In this document: one piece after another, positions 1 through 10,732 of the stretch
Layout: each line of letters starts with the position of its first letter
How positions within the stretch are numbered: the stretch's first letter is position 1
Made by a program: the position numbers and the translations under genes
The notes under the pieces: generated by a model
Seen by the model: the letters and a program-made list of their open reading frames with translations, nothing else
Databases searched by the model: none
What the model was told of the DNA's origin: nothing
Assembly: GCA_004764695.1 (NCBI GenBank)
Contig: SMSO01000025.1
Location: 2,728,001-2,792,000 of the forward strand
Reading direction: 5' to 3'
DNA: 64,000 bases
Origin: Schizochytrium sp. TIO01
Lineage: Eukaryota > Protista > Bigyra: Labyrinthulomycetes

Positions 1-2964
1 GACCAGGTATGGAAACGAAAGGTTCTTCAGAGACGTGAAATTGCAGCAACTTTATGTTACATCAGGCAAATTAGAATTCTCAGTGTCGAATTGTCTTCCT
101 ATATGGCGCGGCGCATGGGACGCATCGACTCAGACTCTATGGATCAGGAGATGGCCAATATTGCACTTGCCAGAGAAGCTTGCTTGGCTGTCATCCGTTT
201 CGCTTCACTATTCAAGCTGTATGGTCGCTATGCCGCAACTTTTTATCGTTCCACGCAAGCCTTAATTGAACTGGAGGCTCAAGATCTAGAGTTCGCTTCC
301 TTTCTACGCTCAAGCCAAGCTGAAGCTCGAAACCAGAAATTGGATGCTCTCCTTATCATGCCAGTGCAGCGGCTGCCGCGTTTTCAGCTCTTCCTAAAAC
401 AAGTCATTGGTGCTCTTGAAGCAGAAGATGGTTTCGAAACTAATGCTCACCTTATGGAAGAAACCTCTGGAATTGCAAGTCGCGCTCTTACCTGTGTCGA
501 GGATGCGATCCGCTACGTTGACGAATCTGTCCAGGACGAAAAGGACTATGCTGCGGTAGTCGACTTACAGGGTCGACTTGCATCTGATCAAATTGATGTC
601 GTGTCAGGCTTTTCTGAAGGGCGCCGCCTAGTACGACAGGGAAAATTGATGAAGGCAAGTCAAGACGGCCATAAGATGGAAGCTCTTTATTTTGTCCTAC
701 TTACTGACGTTCTGTTCTATGCGGAACTTCGTCATCGTGATCACAAGCTGCGTGTTCGTCGGGAGCTCCCCAAGGGCAGTTTTACAGTAAGCGCTGCAGA
801 GACTGAACGCGAAGAGGATTACGGTTATGAAAGCAAGCGATTTTATATAGATTTCAATTCTAAGCGCCTCGATCTCTTTGCATCAAGCAAAGAGGACCGC
901 GACGCCTGGGTCGCAGCTTTGCAAACTTCTCTTGAAGCCCCAAAGACCTATGATGAGCTTTTAGAGCAGCAATCGAAGGAAAAAGAAGATGAAGAAAAGA
1001 AGTATCGCTACGATGACCACGAAAAACGTCAGGCGCGAAAGGATTCTGTTGAGCGTATTGGAGAACTAGACAAACATAATGACTTTGATATTACAGCTAC
1101 AGCTGCAAAAAAGTATGAGCGAGATCTTGAGCTAGAAAGTATGATTCCGCAGAGCGAGCCTGTGCAAATGACAGCAGAGGCATATAATAATGAAGAACTT
1201 CGCAGCCATGGATCGGGTATGGAAAACCACTCGCAATATCTTGCAAATGTTGATGTAGAAATTATCGACGATGCATCGATGGTGACAGCAGCAATGGAAA
1301 TGGCAGCGAGGAACAAAGCTGCTCCACCAAATCTTTGGGATACCTCCAACGATGATATTGAACGAGCTCAAGCAACAGGGGCACGAGCGTCTATTCGGAA
1401 AGGCCCTGTTATTCTTACAGAAACCTTGATTGAGGGAGAACAAAAATATGCAGATCAGCTTGCTATCCTTTTGAAGGTTTTCGTTCAACCATTGCTTGAT
1501 ATATCAGTTGGTGGCCATCTCAAGTATGACTATGATCGTGATGCAATGCGTAAAGCTCGGTCACTTCTTACCGAAACAAATGTGCAAGTTAGCCTGCATT
1601 CCCTGGTGCAACTTCAAATATTGCAAGAAGGTATCATTAATATTTTTGAAACAGAGTGGCATAATTTTGAAGAGCATATGAAGGAAGCTATACCTGGTGC
1701 CTTAGAATGGAAGCAAATTCCGACCTTTGTTCCTGAAGTGTTCGAAACCATCATCGCGTTGCTAGCACTTTACTCATCATACACGGAACGTTATGAAGCA
1801 TTCATAAAAACACTGCAACAAGAAACGATGGAAGATCTTCGCCGCTCTCTCGAAAGAAATGAAGATTGCCGAGGAAAGCCAATGCATGTGTTTCTGAGAG
1901 ACCCAACATCTCGACCGGCTTATTACGCTAAGCTCTTGAAGGATTTCGTAGCCTCTTCTGAAGAGTATGGAAGTGCAGATCTTCAAGACCGCCTGAAAGA
2001 GTGTCAGGCCGCCCTGCAAACGCTTACCACACAGGTGACCGATGCTTCTACACGTCACCATGAAACTGAAGAACTGTTGCGCGTAGAAAAATCATTAGCC
2101 CCGGCGCACAAGTCATGGTGGAGCAGGCTATTTGGAGCGTCAACTTCAACGGCCTCTAAACAGCAAACTTCAACCCAGCTTTCTACAAGCCCTGCATTTG
2201 GTGCTCACTTCGGCCGAAACTTGCCGCAAATCGTGAAGCCTTCACGCCGACTTTTACTTGAGGCTGACCTTATCAAAGTTTGTGCGCGTGGACCTAAACG
2301 TCGGCATTTCTGGCTCTTCAATGACCTCATTATGTACGCTGAGCAAGCAAAAGGTGGCACTTTTAAATATCGGTACTCTATTCCAACTGCAGACTGCTTT
2401 GCCGTAGCAGCAAGAGACAAATTATATATTGATGAAGCGCCGGAAGCGCATATTAATCGTGTTGGTTCGAAAGACTTATCAAATTACACGAGCTTGTTGG
2501 ATGACGAAGATGCCTCGCTCGAACAACTTGCGACTGCTCGAAGCAACAGTACTCCAAACCCATACTTTGATTTGGACGTCAGAGCACTACTTATACGCTC
2601 TACCACCAAGTCCTTTGTTGTGATTTGCCCTTCAGTGATGGAGAAGCACCGCTGGGTTGATGCAATCAACAAGGCAGCTTCAGAGCAACTTCGTCGGCCA
2701 GTTCCAGATAAGTTTAAGTTTTATCTCCCAATTCTTTACCCCGTTACAATGTGCGAGGGTAAATGTGGTTGCTGCAAAATGAGCGTCTTATCTCTTGCAA
2801 TGGCGAAACGCGTGCCTCTGTCTGCGGATTTGCACTGCCATGTTTGTGGCTTAGCAATTTGCGGAAATTGTGCAATTCCTTATCCTGTGTTTCTGCGGAA
2901 TTCAGTAGGCCAAGTTTGTAAATCTTGCAGAGAAGAGGTGTGCCGACGAGATTTGCAGTATTAA
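1..2964 (+). CDS. Rho-GEF with two DH-PH modules and a C-terminal degenerate FYVE-type zinc finger (FGD-like); 5' end lies outside the window
   Basis: The frame is open from base 1 (DQVWKRKVLQRREIAATLCYIRQ...), and the track's start at 91 is a TTG. DH1 carries LDALLIMPVQRLPRF and PH1 runs from RRLVRQGKLMK to EDRDAWVAAL. DH2 starts ILTETLIEGEQKYADQL, and PH2 carries RHFWLFNDLIMYA and EKHRWVDAI. Cys pairs CGCCK..HCHVCGLAICGNC..VCKSC end the protein. Confidence 0.88.
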   Translation, partial: DQVWKRKVLQRREIAATLCYIRQIRILSVELSSYMARRMGRIDSDSMDQEMANIALAREACLAVIRFASLFKLYGRYAATFYRSTQALIELEAQDLEFASFLRSSQAEARNQKLDALLIMPVQRLPRFQLFLKQVIGALEAEDGFETNAHLMEETSGIASRALTCVEDAIRYVDESVQDEKDYAAVVDLQGRLASDQIDVVSGFSEGRRLVRQGKLMKASQDGHKMEALYFVLLTDVLFYAELRHRDHKLRVRRELPKGSFTVSAAETEREEDYGYESKRFYIDFNSKRLDLFASSKEDRDAWVAALQTSLEAPKTYDELLEQQSKEKEDEEKKYRYDDHEKRQARKDSVERIGELDKHNDFDITATAAKKYERDLELESMIPQSEPVQMTAEAYNNEELRSHGSGMENHSQYLANVDVEIIDDASMVTAAMEMAARNKAAPPNLWDTSNDDIERAQATGARASIRKGPVILTETLIEGEQKYADQLAILLKVFVQPLLDISVGGHLKYDYDRDAMRKARSLLTETNVQVSLHSLVQLQILQEGIINIFETEWHNFEEHMKEAIPGALEWKQIPTFVPEVFETIIALLALYSSYTERYEAFIKTLQQETMEDLRRSLERNEDCRGKPMHVFLRDPTSRPAYYAKLLKDFVASSEEYGSADLQDRLKECQAALQTLTTQVTDASTRHHETEELLRVEKSLAPAHKSWWSRLFGASTSTASKQQTSTQLSTSPAFGAHFGRNLPQIVKPSRRLLLEADLIKVCARGPKRRHFWLFNDLIMYAEQAKGGTFKYRYSIPTADCFAVAARDKLYIDEAPEAHINRVGSKDLSNYTSLLDDEDASLEQLATARSNSTPNPYFDLDVRALLIRSTTKSFVVICPSVMEKHRWVDAINKAASEQLRRPVPDKFKFYLPILYPVTMCEGKCGCCKMSVLSLAMAKRVPLSADLHCHVCGLAICGNCAIPYPVFLRNSVGQVCKSCREEVCRRDLQY

Positions 2965-3142
2965 ATACTTTAAAATAACAATATTCATTATAAATTGTCT
3001 TCGTACTACCAGTATCTATTTGAGTGATCTGTACTTCTGTCCTTCGAGTGTTCAAGACGGAGAGTCTGCTTTAGGCAAGTTACCTGAGTATGTTTAAATT
3101 ACATTTCGAGGCTTCATTTTAAGTTTTTATCTCTAGTTACTT

Positions 3143-6100
3143 TTACAGACTTCCTTTATCAAAAAGAGCTTTAGACATGATCAGTACCGCCCCTGTGCTG
3201 GCTACAAAGGGTACGATCAATCCATACGGAAATGCCTTGAACGATTTCTCTTCTACATCGTAGAGACGTCGCAATACTGTGAATACCGCTGCATCGACTA
3301 GATTTCCTCGCGCTGTACCCATGATAACCTCACTGAAACACAATTCTTGTACATCTTCAGGTGATGTTTTAAGAAAGAAATCTCGACAAAGCTTGCAAAG
3401 CTTCCTTCGAGCTACACCCACATTTTCTCGAGTATACTTTGTGAAGCTGGCTTCTAAGCTCTCTCCGGTCGCAGAGGAATCTATATCTTCGATTATCCGA
3501 TACCATTGCATGAGCTCCTGCTCACCAAGTGGGCCATAAAACTGAACATCAAAATCAAGCCAACGGAATGGGTTCTTTTCAAAGACCCCAGTTTGTTCTG
3601 TGCTTCCATCAACTTCTTTGACTTCTTGATCGATACTTTCCCTTGGCGTTTCCCATGGCGCCTCAGGAAACCCGAGATCTGGATAGTCGCGTTTAATAGC
3701 CGCCTCTGTTGAATGAAGCCTATCCTGCTCGTCGCGGTGCTTCTTGAGTAACTTTGCCTCCTCGATGCGGTTACTTTTGGCCTTTTCTCCCCCTACGATA
3801 ACTCCCATCATCCATGATGAAATAGGGTCTTGCTGTAACAAAGGTGGAAGACGAGAAAGAAGGTTGGCTTTATCATCTGCTCCTTCATCGTCGCTATCGA
3901 CCTCATCTGCAAAGTCAACATCTTCATCACTATCATCACCATGATCATCATCGAGACCTTCACTTTGTTGTGTATCTCGTCGTGAAATACGTCTTGACTT
4001 CGGTGAATTTCGAGGAGCATTGATGGTATCCATCAGCGAGGGACTCAAATCGGTAAGAATCCCTGCGTCCAAAAGCCTAGCCTGAAAGACCGATTTTGTT
4101 CGCTTCCCTTGATAGCCAACCAGACCAACCAAGAATGCGTTGGGTTGGTTTCCAATGACTTTGTGACGATAAGCATATCGTGCTCGATCAATAGACGTAG
4201 CATCATGGGAAAGTAGTGCAGGATCAGCAAACCCACTTGTTAGAAACGGCAACTTTCCTGCAAATGGATGTCGGGGTTGACCTGCCAGAGGACTAATGCA
4301 GTACTGTGGGACTGCAATACGCGGCTGTACCAGCTCGTGACATATAGACGTGCGAAAGCTACAACCAACTTCGGATCCACAAAGAAAACCAGCCGCGCGA
4401 CCAGATTTCTCCACCTGCCAGGCAAAAATTAAATCCAATAGACGGGTGCATTCATCGGTATGATACGCCCATGAGTACTTTACATTTGGATCGAGGCTTG
4501 ATCTTGAGTGTGCATCCAGGGGTCCATTATCGATGATCGGTTCATCTGTAACAGCCAGCAGTACTTTCACTGATACTGCATCCCGCATTACAGCAAGATC
4601 AAGCGCATCCCACACTTTAGCTGGTAGTTTGGGGCAGTCTGGCGTTTGCTCGTAAACGGGTCTGGATAATAGAGTCACTGGAGACAACAGAAGCACACCT
4701 AGACTTGCACCAAAGCAGCAAAACACTTCATCATCATGCGTAGAAAGACGTAGACCAACCTGAAAGTCTCGAGCCACATCGAGGGCAATATGGCGAACAG
4801 TTTCATACCAAGGAATAAGATCAGGATCGCATGCGAAGCTCGAGGGCGGAGCAATGTCAAGCGAAGAAATGCACATAACGTTCGAAACAGAAGAAAGCAC
4901 CGTCGTAAGATCAGCAAGTGTCCATAAAAATCGATAGACGCCCCTGACAGCTTCTTCCATAGCCTCTTTTGTCTGTACTGCAATATCCGAAGGTAGTTCA
5001 TGTGGAGCTTGCGACTTTGCAATACCGCGCACTGCCCACTCAAGCTCATGTTTTGTAAACTCTAAGCTTACTTGACCTCCAAGATGGACTGCCACTACAG
5101 CCGTTGTCTGTACACTTATAATTTGACGTAAGTTACATACGTCAAGCCAAGCTGACTTTACTTGGTCTGTTAGAGAATTGCGGTAAAAGCTGAACACAGC
5201 AATCTGATTTTCCGCACCGATCTCTATATTTTCAGGAGCTGGCATAGTATGTACATTCGCCCGGATCTCACGATCAAGTCCCTCAATTCGAATGATATAA
5301 TGCCTGTCAGGAACAAGAAGATTTTGAAATAATATTCGACAAGCCTTGCGTGCTCGTACAACGGGTACTCGAACTTCATGAATCTCCCCTGTGAGCTGAT
5401 CCTGAGCTCTTGCAATGATAGAGCACGCTCCACTAGCCTCTAATAACAGAACAGCGCTGTTGTGTGTCACCTGGCCAACTACAGGCCCTAGCAACAAGCT
5501 TGGTCGCTCTTGGCTATCTGCTTCCGCACGGACAATTATTGCGGTGAGCTTTTCTGAGTGGATTCCCACCAGTCCAAAGGCAGGATCATGGACAAGATCT
5601 TGCCTTACTTCTCCATGCCGATAATCAACGCTAGTTAGGGCCTCTAACTCAAAGGCATCTCCCGGTTCATCTCTTAACACCTTCTTAAGAGTGAGTTTTC
5701 CACTCTCTGGAGTGACAGCACCTGATGGTCTTTGGATATATGAATAACATTGGCCTGCAACAGCTGATACTGTTAACTGCATAATAGCTGATCTTGAACT
5801 TGTTTCACAAGAAATAATTGTGCGTGCTGTCTGTGCAAAGGGTCCTGGTCCACACACGAGAACTATGTCGGCTTCTGACCTCCATGAAAGTAAGATGTTC
5901 AAGAGGATTGACTGTTCCTTGACGTTTATGCACCATTCATCATAGCCATCATCCGGGTTTTCATATGTCAAACCATATGGAACAATGGGTCGATCAGTAG
6001 CCACAATAAGGTTTTTAAGATTCATATTAAATCGCAATAATGAGGTGATTTGTTGCCATTGATTTTGAGTGATAAGTGGTCCTACTGGCCAAGGTGTTGG

Positions 6101-7396
6101 GGCACCATCTGGATTAAATTGCGACGATCTTGAATCGATAAAGAGAACTGCACTATCTTCTGTAAGTTTAGCGAAAAATGTTTCTTCGTTGGAAAAACTC
6201 TCTGCATTAAGCCTGACTACATCGCATGCGTCGGATGCATCCCAAAGACTTCGTTGATATTCACGAAAAACTTGTTGTGCTAAAACAAGTAGCTTCGCGG
6301 GGTATACTTTGTCGTTCCAAGAATGTACTTTCGTGTTTCGTCTCGCAGAAGGCGGGATCTCTAGGTCTGACCAAATCATTAAGTTTGAAGCTGAAGCAAG
6401 TACACGTCGAACGCAAGCTTGATTCCATGTGTCACGATAAACCTGACGTAACTCCTCGCATACGCAATATTCAATTCTTGCAACCTCAGTTTCGGTCAGA
6501 GGAATTTTATCGAGCCCCTTGCGGTCATTCAAGTGTTCTAGCATAAGGGCACATCGAGAAAATTTATCACGCAAGTCAACTTGTCCACCAACATGTAAAA
6601 TAAGATCAAGTGTACCCTGGTCAATGCGTTTCCAGATGGCTCCCCATAATACTTCCGCTTCTTTTGGTGTAGCTGATGTAAAAGCATTGCCAGACACTGT
6701 TGCAATTTCAAGAGGTCGATGAGTGTACATAGTACGAAAGCTACCTGTACGATGCAAAGCATCAGATCTTGTGATTCCAGAAAAAACAACATGATGTCGG
6801 ATACCAGGATCTAGGCTAGCAATATGGAAAACACTTGGTTTGCGTGCATTGAACCATTGACGAACTCGTTTCACTTCCCTACCACCAGGATTCGTCTCAT
6901 CCATTATACAAACATGACACTCAAGTTCTACATCGCGATCAACCTCCAACATGACTCTAGCTGATGTTTCTGTAACCATACCAATGACGGGCCCCACAAG
7001 AACGTTTGCAGGTCCAAATCTTGCGCAGGCACCCATCAAACGATAGTTACCTTCCTGAACTGCCTCCCCATGAGATCCTGAGCCTACGCCAGATCTTGAA
7101 ACATTAGCTGTTGCCTGAACTCTAGCAAGCTGTGCAGTGACAGCTTCTAATTCATTTCTTTGAGCTGAGTGCGCTGAGGCCACTCGTTGCTCCAGTTCTC
7201 TGAGTTCCTCAAGCACGCTGTGCACATGCTGGCCGGTATGTGCGTTGCCCATGGTCTTTCCTCTTCGCCTTCCTCCTTGCCCGCGGACTCCCTTGCCCGC
7301 TATATTGCTCAGCAAGCGCTCTCGATATGGATTTGCAAAGTAGTCCCACGATATCAAATCAGTGAGACGCTCAGATTTGCCTTTACTCCCCGGCAT
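3143..7396 (-). CDS. Tandem PhoD-like (alkaline phosphatase D/metallophosphoesterase fold) protein, probably catalytically inactive; likely true start at ATG 7252 (MGNAHT, myristoylation-like)
   Basis: 1417-aa ORF with two repeated units, each opening with the PhoD N-terminal beta motif (VGPVIGMVTETSARVMLE / LGPVVGQVTHNSAVLLLE) followed by an LHxGGQV segment and a 'LRQVYRDTW / VRGVYRFLW' helix. An acidic low-complexity region lies near the C-terminus. Confidence 0.7.
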   Translation of the reverse strand: MPGSKGKSERLTDLISWDYFANPYRERLLSNIAGKGVRGQGGRRRGKTMGNAHTGQHVHSVLEELRELEQRVASAHSAQRNELEAVTAQLARVQATANVSRSGVGSGSHGEAVQEGNYRLMGACARFGPANVLVGPVIGMVTETSARVMLEVDRDVELECHVCIMDETNPGGREVKRVRQWFNARKPSVFHIASLDPGIRHHVVFSGITRSDALHRTGSFRTMYTHRPLEIATVSGNAFTSATPKEAEVLWGAIWKRIDQGTLDLILHVGGQVDLRDKFSRCALMLEHLNDRKGLDKIPLTETEVARIEYCVCEELRQVYRDTWNQACVRRVLASASNLMIWSDLEIPPSARRNTKVHSWNDKVYPAKLLVLAQQVFREYQRSLWDASDACDVVRLNAESFSNEETFFAKLTEDSAVLFIDSRSSQFNPDGAPTPWPVGPLITQNQWQQITSLLRFNMNLKNLIVATDRPIVPYGLTYENPDDGYDEWCINVKEQSILLNILLSWRSEADIVLVCGPGPFAQTARTIISCETSSRSAIMQLTVSAVAGQCYSYIQRPSGAVTPESGKLTLKKVLRDEPGDAFELEALTSVDYRHGEVRQDLVHDPAFGLVGIHSEKLTAIIVRAEADSQERPSLLLGPVVGQVTHNSAVLLLEASGACSIIARAQDQLTGEIHEVRVPVVRARKACRILFQNLLVPDRHYIIRIEGLDREIRANVHTMPAPENIEIGAENQIAVFSFYRNSLTDQVKSAWLDVCNLRQIISVQTTAVVAVHLGGQVSLEFTKHELEWAVRGIAKSQAPHELPSDIAVQTKEAMEEAVRGVYRFLWTLADLTTVLSSVSNVMCISSLDIAPPSSFACDPDLIPWYETVRHIALDVARDFQVGLRLSTHDDEVFCCFGASLGVLLLSPVTLLSRPVYEQTPDCPKLPAKVWDALDLAVMRDAVSVKVLLAVTDEPIIDNGPLDAHSRSSLDPNVKYSWAYHTDECTRLLDLIFAWQVEKSGRAAGFLCGSEVGCSFRTSICHELVQPRIAVPQYCISPLAGQPRHPFAGKLPFLTSGFADPALLSHDATSIDRARYAYRHKVIGNQPNAFLVGLVGYQGKRTKSVFQARLLDAGILTDLSPSLMDTINAPRNSPKSRRISRRDTQQSEGLDDDHGDDSDEDVDFADEVDSDDEGADDKANLLSRLPPLLQQDPISSWMMGVIVGGEKAKSNRIEEAKLLKKHRDEQDRLHSTEAAIKRDYPDLGFPEAPWETPRESIDQEVKEVDGSTEQTGVFEKNPFRWLDFDVQFYGPLGEQELMQWYRIIEDIDSSATGESLEASFTKYTRENVGVARRKLCKLCRDFFLKTSPEDVQELCFSEVIMGTARGNLVDAAVFTVLRRLYDVEEKSFKAFPYGLIVPFVASTGAVLIMSKALFDKGSL

Positions 7397-7706
7397 TAAC
7401 GCCCCTCAACGGTCGAGTGAAAGAAAATGTTCAATTATTAGGAGCTAAGCAGAGAACCTGCCTCAACAATAAATAATAATAATAACTCAAACTTCTTTCT
7501 GTGATATATATATTTTAAAATTAAGAAAATAAGAGTACTTTGGAGTACTTCGGAGCAAGCGATACGAATCAACTTGCGGTGACAACAGAGCTGATTGCCA
7601 CCATCAAGTAGAGCTGGAGAGACCTTGTGCACAGACCTAAAAGATCAGTGGAGGGCTCTGCAAGAAAGTTGCTAACCCAGCGAGAGGTCTCGCTTGATTG
7701 TAGGCC

Positions 7707-9000
7707 ATGAATGAACTTTTTGCGAGCCTCGAGCCCGTGGAGGTCGTGGGAAAGGGCGCAACGTCAATGTAGGTGAATGTCGAAGATAGGTGGAGGCGGG
7801 ACGAACAATTTGGATATACCAACTGTGAGCTTTGCATGGGTTCAGATGAGCCGGAGAAAAAGAAAGTAGAAGAGAGAACCCCTCAACTAATGGGATGCAG
7901 CGATGACATTCTATGAACAAAGCGTGAAGTTATGCAAAAAAAAGGTCACAGGCAAGAGTGGAAACATTTGCAAAAGCGATGTGAAATCAGACAATAAGGG
8001 TGACACCCTGGATGAGCCCAAGTTCTATGGTACGTGAGGATCGATTACTGGACTGAGTGTGTTTTTGACAAGTGCGCTTGCTTCTTTATGATGATGACAA
8101 GTGAAGAAGAACTAATTGGTGAATTTGTTTTTTACAGCAATGAAGTGCATTAATATACACTCTGCACGAGAAAACGCAAATGTAGTGAGAGAGGTACTGC
8201 GCGAAAAGGATTTATTGGAGAGGCTTGTAGACAAACCTTATCCAGGAATTGTGAAATTTTACGGGTGCTGCAAAGATGAGCGGAATCTATTTTTTATCAT
8301 GGACTACATTCGGGGCGGAGACTTGAGCTTGCATCTAAAGCAAGGTCTGACAATTCAACATGTCACCGCCTATATGCAGCAAATATCCAGCGCTGTTGCT
8401 CATCTTCACAACCACGGCTGGATTCACCGCGATTTAAAGGCGAACAATATCGCTATCTCAGGAATCAGCGGTCAATGCATCCTTTTTGACTTTGGTCGGT
8501 GTAAATATTTAGAGTCGGCCAACGCGCGGGCCACCACTATTCTCGGTTTTGGGCATCACAGTGCACCGGAGATTGTCCGTGGCGAGCCACATGGATTCGC
8601 TGTAGACTCTTGGAGCCTTGGTGTGCTTTTGTATGAAATGGTGACCGGGAAACCTCCATTTCCGTACATGTTTGCTCATACTCCAGCTAACCTCCAAGAG
8701 GCTGCGCGCCAGGCAATTTGTCGCGAGGGTAAGCATGAGCTTCCTGATAGGTCGACTTCTTTGCATGAGGCCGGACAAAGCCTCGTCAATAGCTTGCTTC
8801 AGCAGCGCTGCGAAGATAGACCACCAGTGCAGTCTTTGCTGAATCACCCATTTCTGGCAAATCTCGCAGTTGATCAAAATGGACTGGCCACATCACCAGA
8901 ACCTGTATACGCTCCGGATGAAATTATCATAGCAGAAACCCAGGCCAAGACCCCAGCACACACCGAAACAAAATCAGAAAACCCATTTGCGAATTGGTGA
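7707..9000 (+). CDS. Ser/Thr protein kinase (AGC-like), 3 exons: 7707-7768, 7923-8029, 8138-9000
   Basis: Removing GT-AG introns 7769-7922 and 8030-8137 (branch-like actaat at ~8111) restores the Gly-loop VVGKGATSIVKLC and the beta3 motif FYAMK. Exon 3 has HRDLKANN, DFG, APE and DSWSLGVLLYEMVTGKPPF. Confidence 0.88.
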
Positions 9001-9580
9001 TGCCCTATTTTGCAGAGCGAATTCCTTGCTAGGCTTTAGATTTATGCGAAGAGAAACATTCAATTGCGAAAAAAAGCAACAAAAAAGCAAACATAATTTT
9101 TTTAAATAAAAATTATAGTAAAATTTTTAAAAACAAATTAAAAATTAAAGGAAAACATCAGTTTTACATGGAGTACTTGCTAAACAAGTCTTTGTATACC
9201 AAATCGTGCAGTAAATTCTTGTTTCACTTCAGCACTAGGAGCATGGATGCGAAAATCAGCGGCGACGACAGGGCCGGCGCAAAATTATTTGCAAAGTGCA
9301 AAAGTAACACGTTGTACTGAATACTAACTAATAGTACCCAGTGATCAAAATGAAAAACAATTAAAATCCTTATATATTGTTTTTTTTAAAAGCTTCAAGT
9401 TAAAGCCATGAATACATTTTATCACCGATTAAGAGAGGAGAAAATACATGAACATATTGAAGCGACAGCCCTAGCCAGCATTTGTTTCTTCAATTGTTTA
9501 TGTCGGTTGCCAATTTTTCAATGCTTCTCAACTGCCGCAACTCTTCGTTTTAAAGTTCTCATACTGAATTTAGCTCTTGA

Positions 9581-10732
9581 TTAGGCTGTGACAGGATCGT
9601 ATTTTCCATGCAATCCAAGCTCAATGCGAGAGATAAGCCACATAAGTACCACCAAGACATTCACAAAAACAACGATAGCCAGGATGAATAGAATCTCAGA
9701 TTTCCAAGATGCGAGCACGACCTTGAGAAAGGGGTAAGGGTATTCGCTTGAGAGACGGTAGTTGGCATGAGTCATGGAGATGTAGTAGATTCCATACAAC
9801 GCAACGAAAACAACGGAGACCTCAAAAGCCAACATGTGCTCTTCAAGAAAACCACGATGCTTGATAACTAGCATATCGAGCAAAGCAATAGGCGTTTGAT
9901 TCAAATGCGTAAAGAGAATACGCGGACCAAAGTCTGTGTAGCCACGGCTCGTGTAGGTTTCGAGAATTTCTTCCCGCCATTTTTTCTCGTACCAATTAAA
10001 TTTAAGAAACAATATAGCAAGTGTGACTCCAAGTGCGGCAATGACTCCTGAACAGCTGTACGTAAACTTGAGGAGTTTGCGAGCCCACGCAATGTTTTCA
10101 TGTTTATTCAGGCCATAAAGCCAGGTCACCTCGGCAATGAAGCATGTATTCCAATACACAAAGGTGGCAAAGATAATGTGGAAGGTAAGGTAAGTAAAGT
10201 GACCATTTAGGTTCTTCTCCAAGAGGCGCTTCTTTACATCGTTAACCTCAGGCGGCACGGCTACCCAGACGTCTTGGTATAAGGTAATCCACGCCATCAG
10301 AGTACAAGCTGTTGTTAAAACAACCCGCCAGGATTCCGAAGGATGAAAAGGGGGGACGTCGGGGTCGTCAAGGCTATGCACAACGAAATACACGCCGATC
10401 GAATAGAAAAGGCACCAGGCGACGGTCTTTTGGCTAACTTTTCGAAACCACTTCAGTTGCCACTCGTTGAAGCCCATGATATCTTTGACTACGGCTTCTG
10501 CATTCTCCAAAATAGTCTCTGCATTATCCTCAAGTGTCTCCATCACAGTCTTTTCACCCTTGGCCCCACGGCGCTCGCTGGCTTCGTCGTCAGCTTCGAC
10601 ATTCTCGTTGTCACCTCTGGCCGTTGACGACACGGATCCTGAAGCACTAACATCAAAGTTGTCGTCGTCGTCGTCGTCGTCGTCTTCCTTGACACGGCGT
10701 CGACGCACTGCCTTTTCCACCATCTTGCGCAA
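9581..10732 (-). CDS. FAR-17a/AIG1/ADTRP-like multi-pass membrane protein (putative Thr/His lipid hydrolase) with an acidic N-terminal extension
   Basis: About 7-8 hydrophobic segments, with the family-like motifs GHFTYLTF, FTHL and YPYPFL. Confidence 0.68.
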   Translation of the reverse strand: MRKMVEKAVRRRRVKEDDDDDDDDNFDVSASGSVSSTARGDNENVEADDEASERRGAKGEKTVMETLEDNAETILENAEAVVKDIMGFNEWQLKWFRKVSQKTVAWCLFYSIGVYFVVHSLDDPDVPPFHPSESWRVVLTTACTLMAWITLYQDVWVAVPPEVNDVKKRLLEKNLNGHFTYLTFHIIFATFVYWNTCFIAEVTWLYGLNKHENIAWARKLLKFTYSCSGVIAALGVTLAILFLKFNWYEKKWREEILETYTSRGYTDFGPRILFTHLNQTPIALLDMLVIKHRGFLEEHMLAFEVSVVFVALYGIYYISMTHANYRLSSEYPYPFLKVVLASWKSEILFILAIVVFVNVLVVLMWLISRIELGLHGKYDPVTA

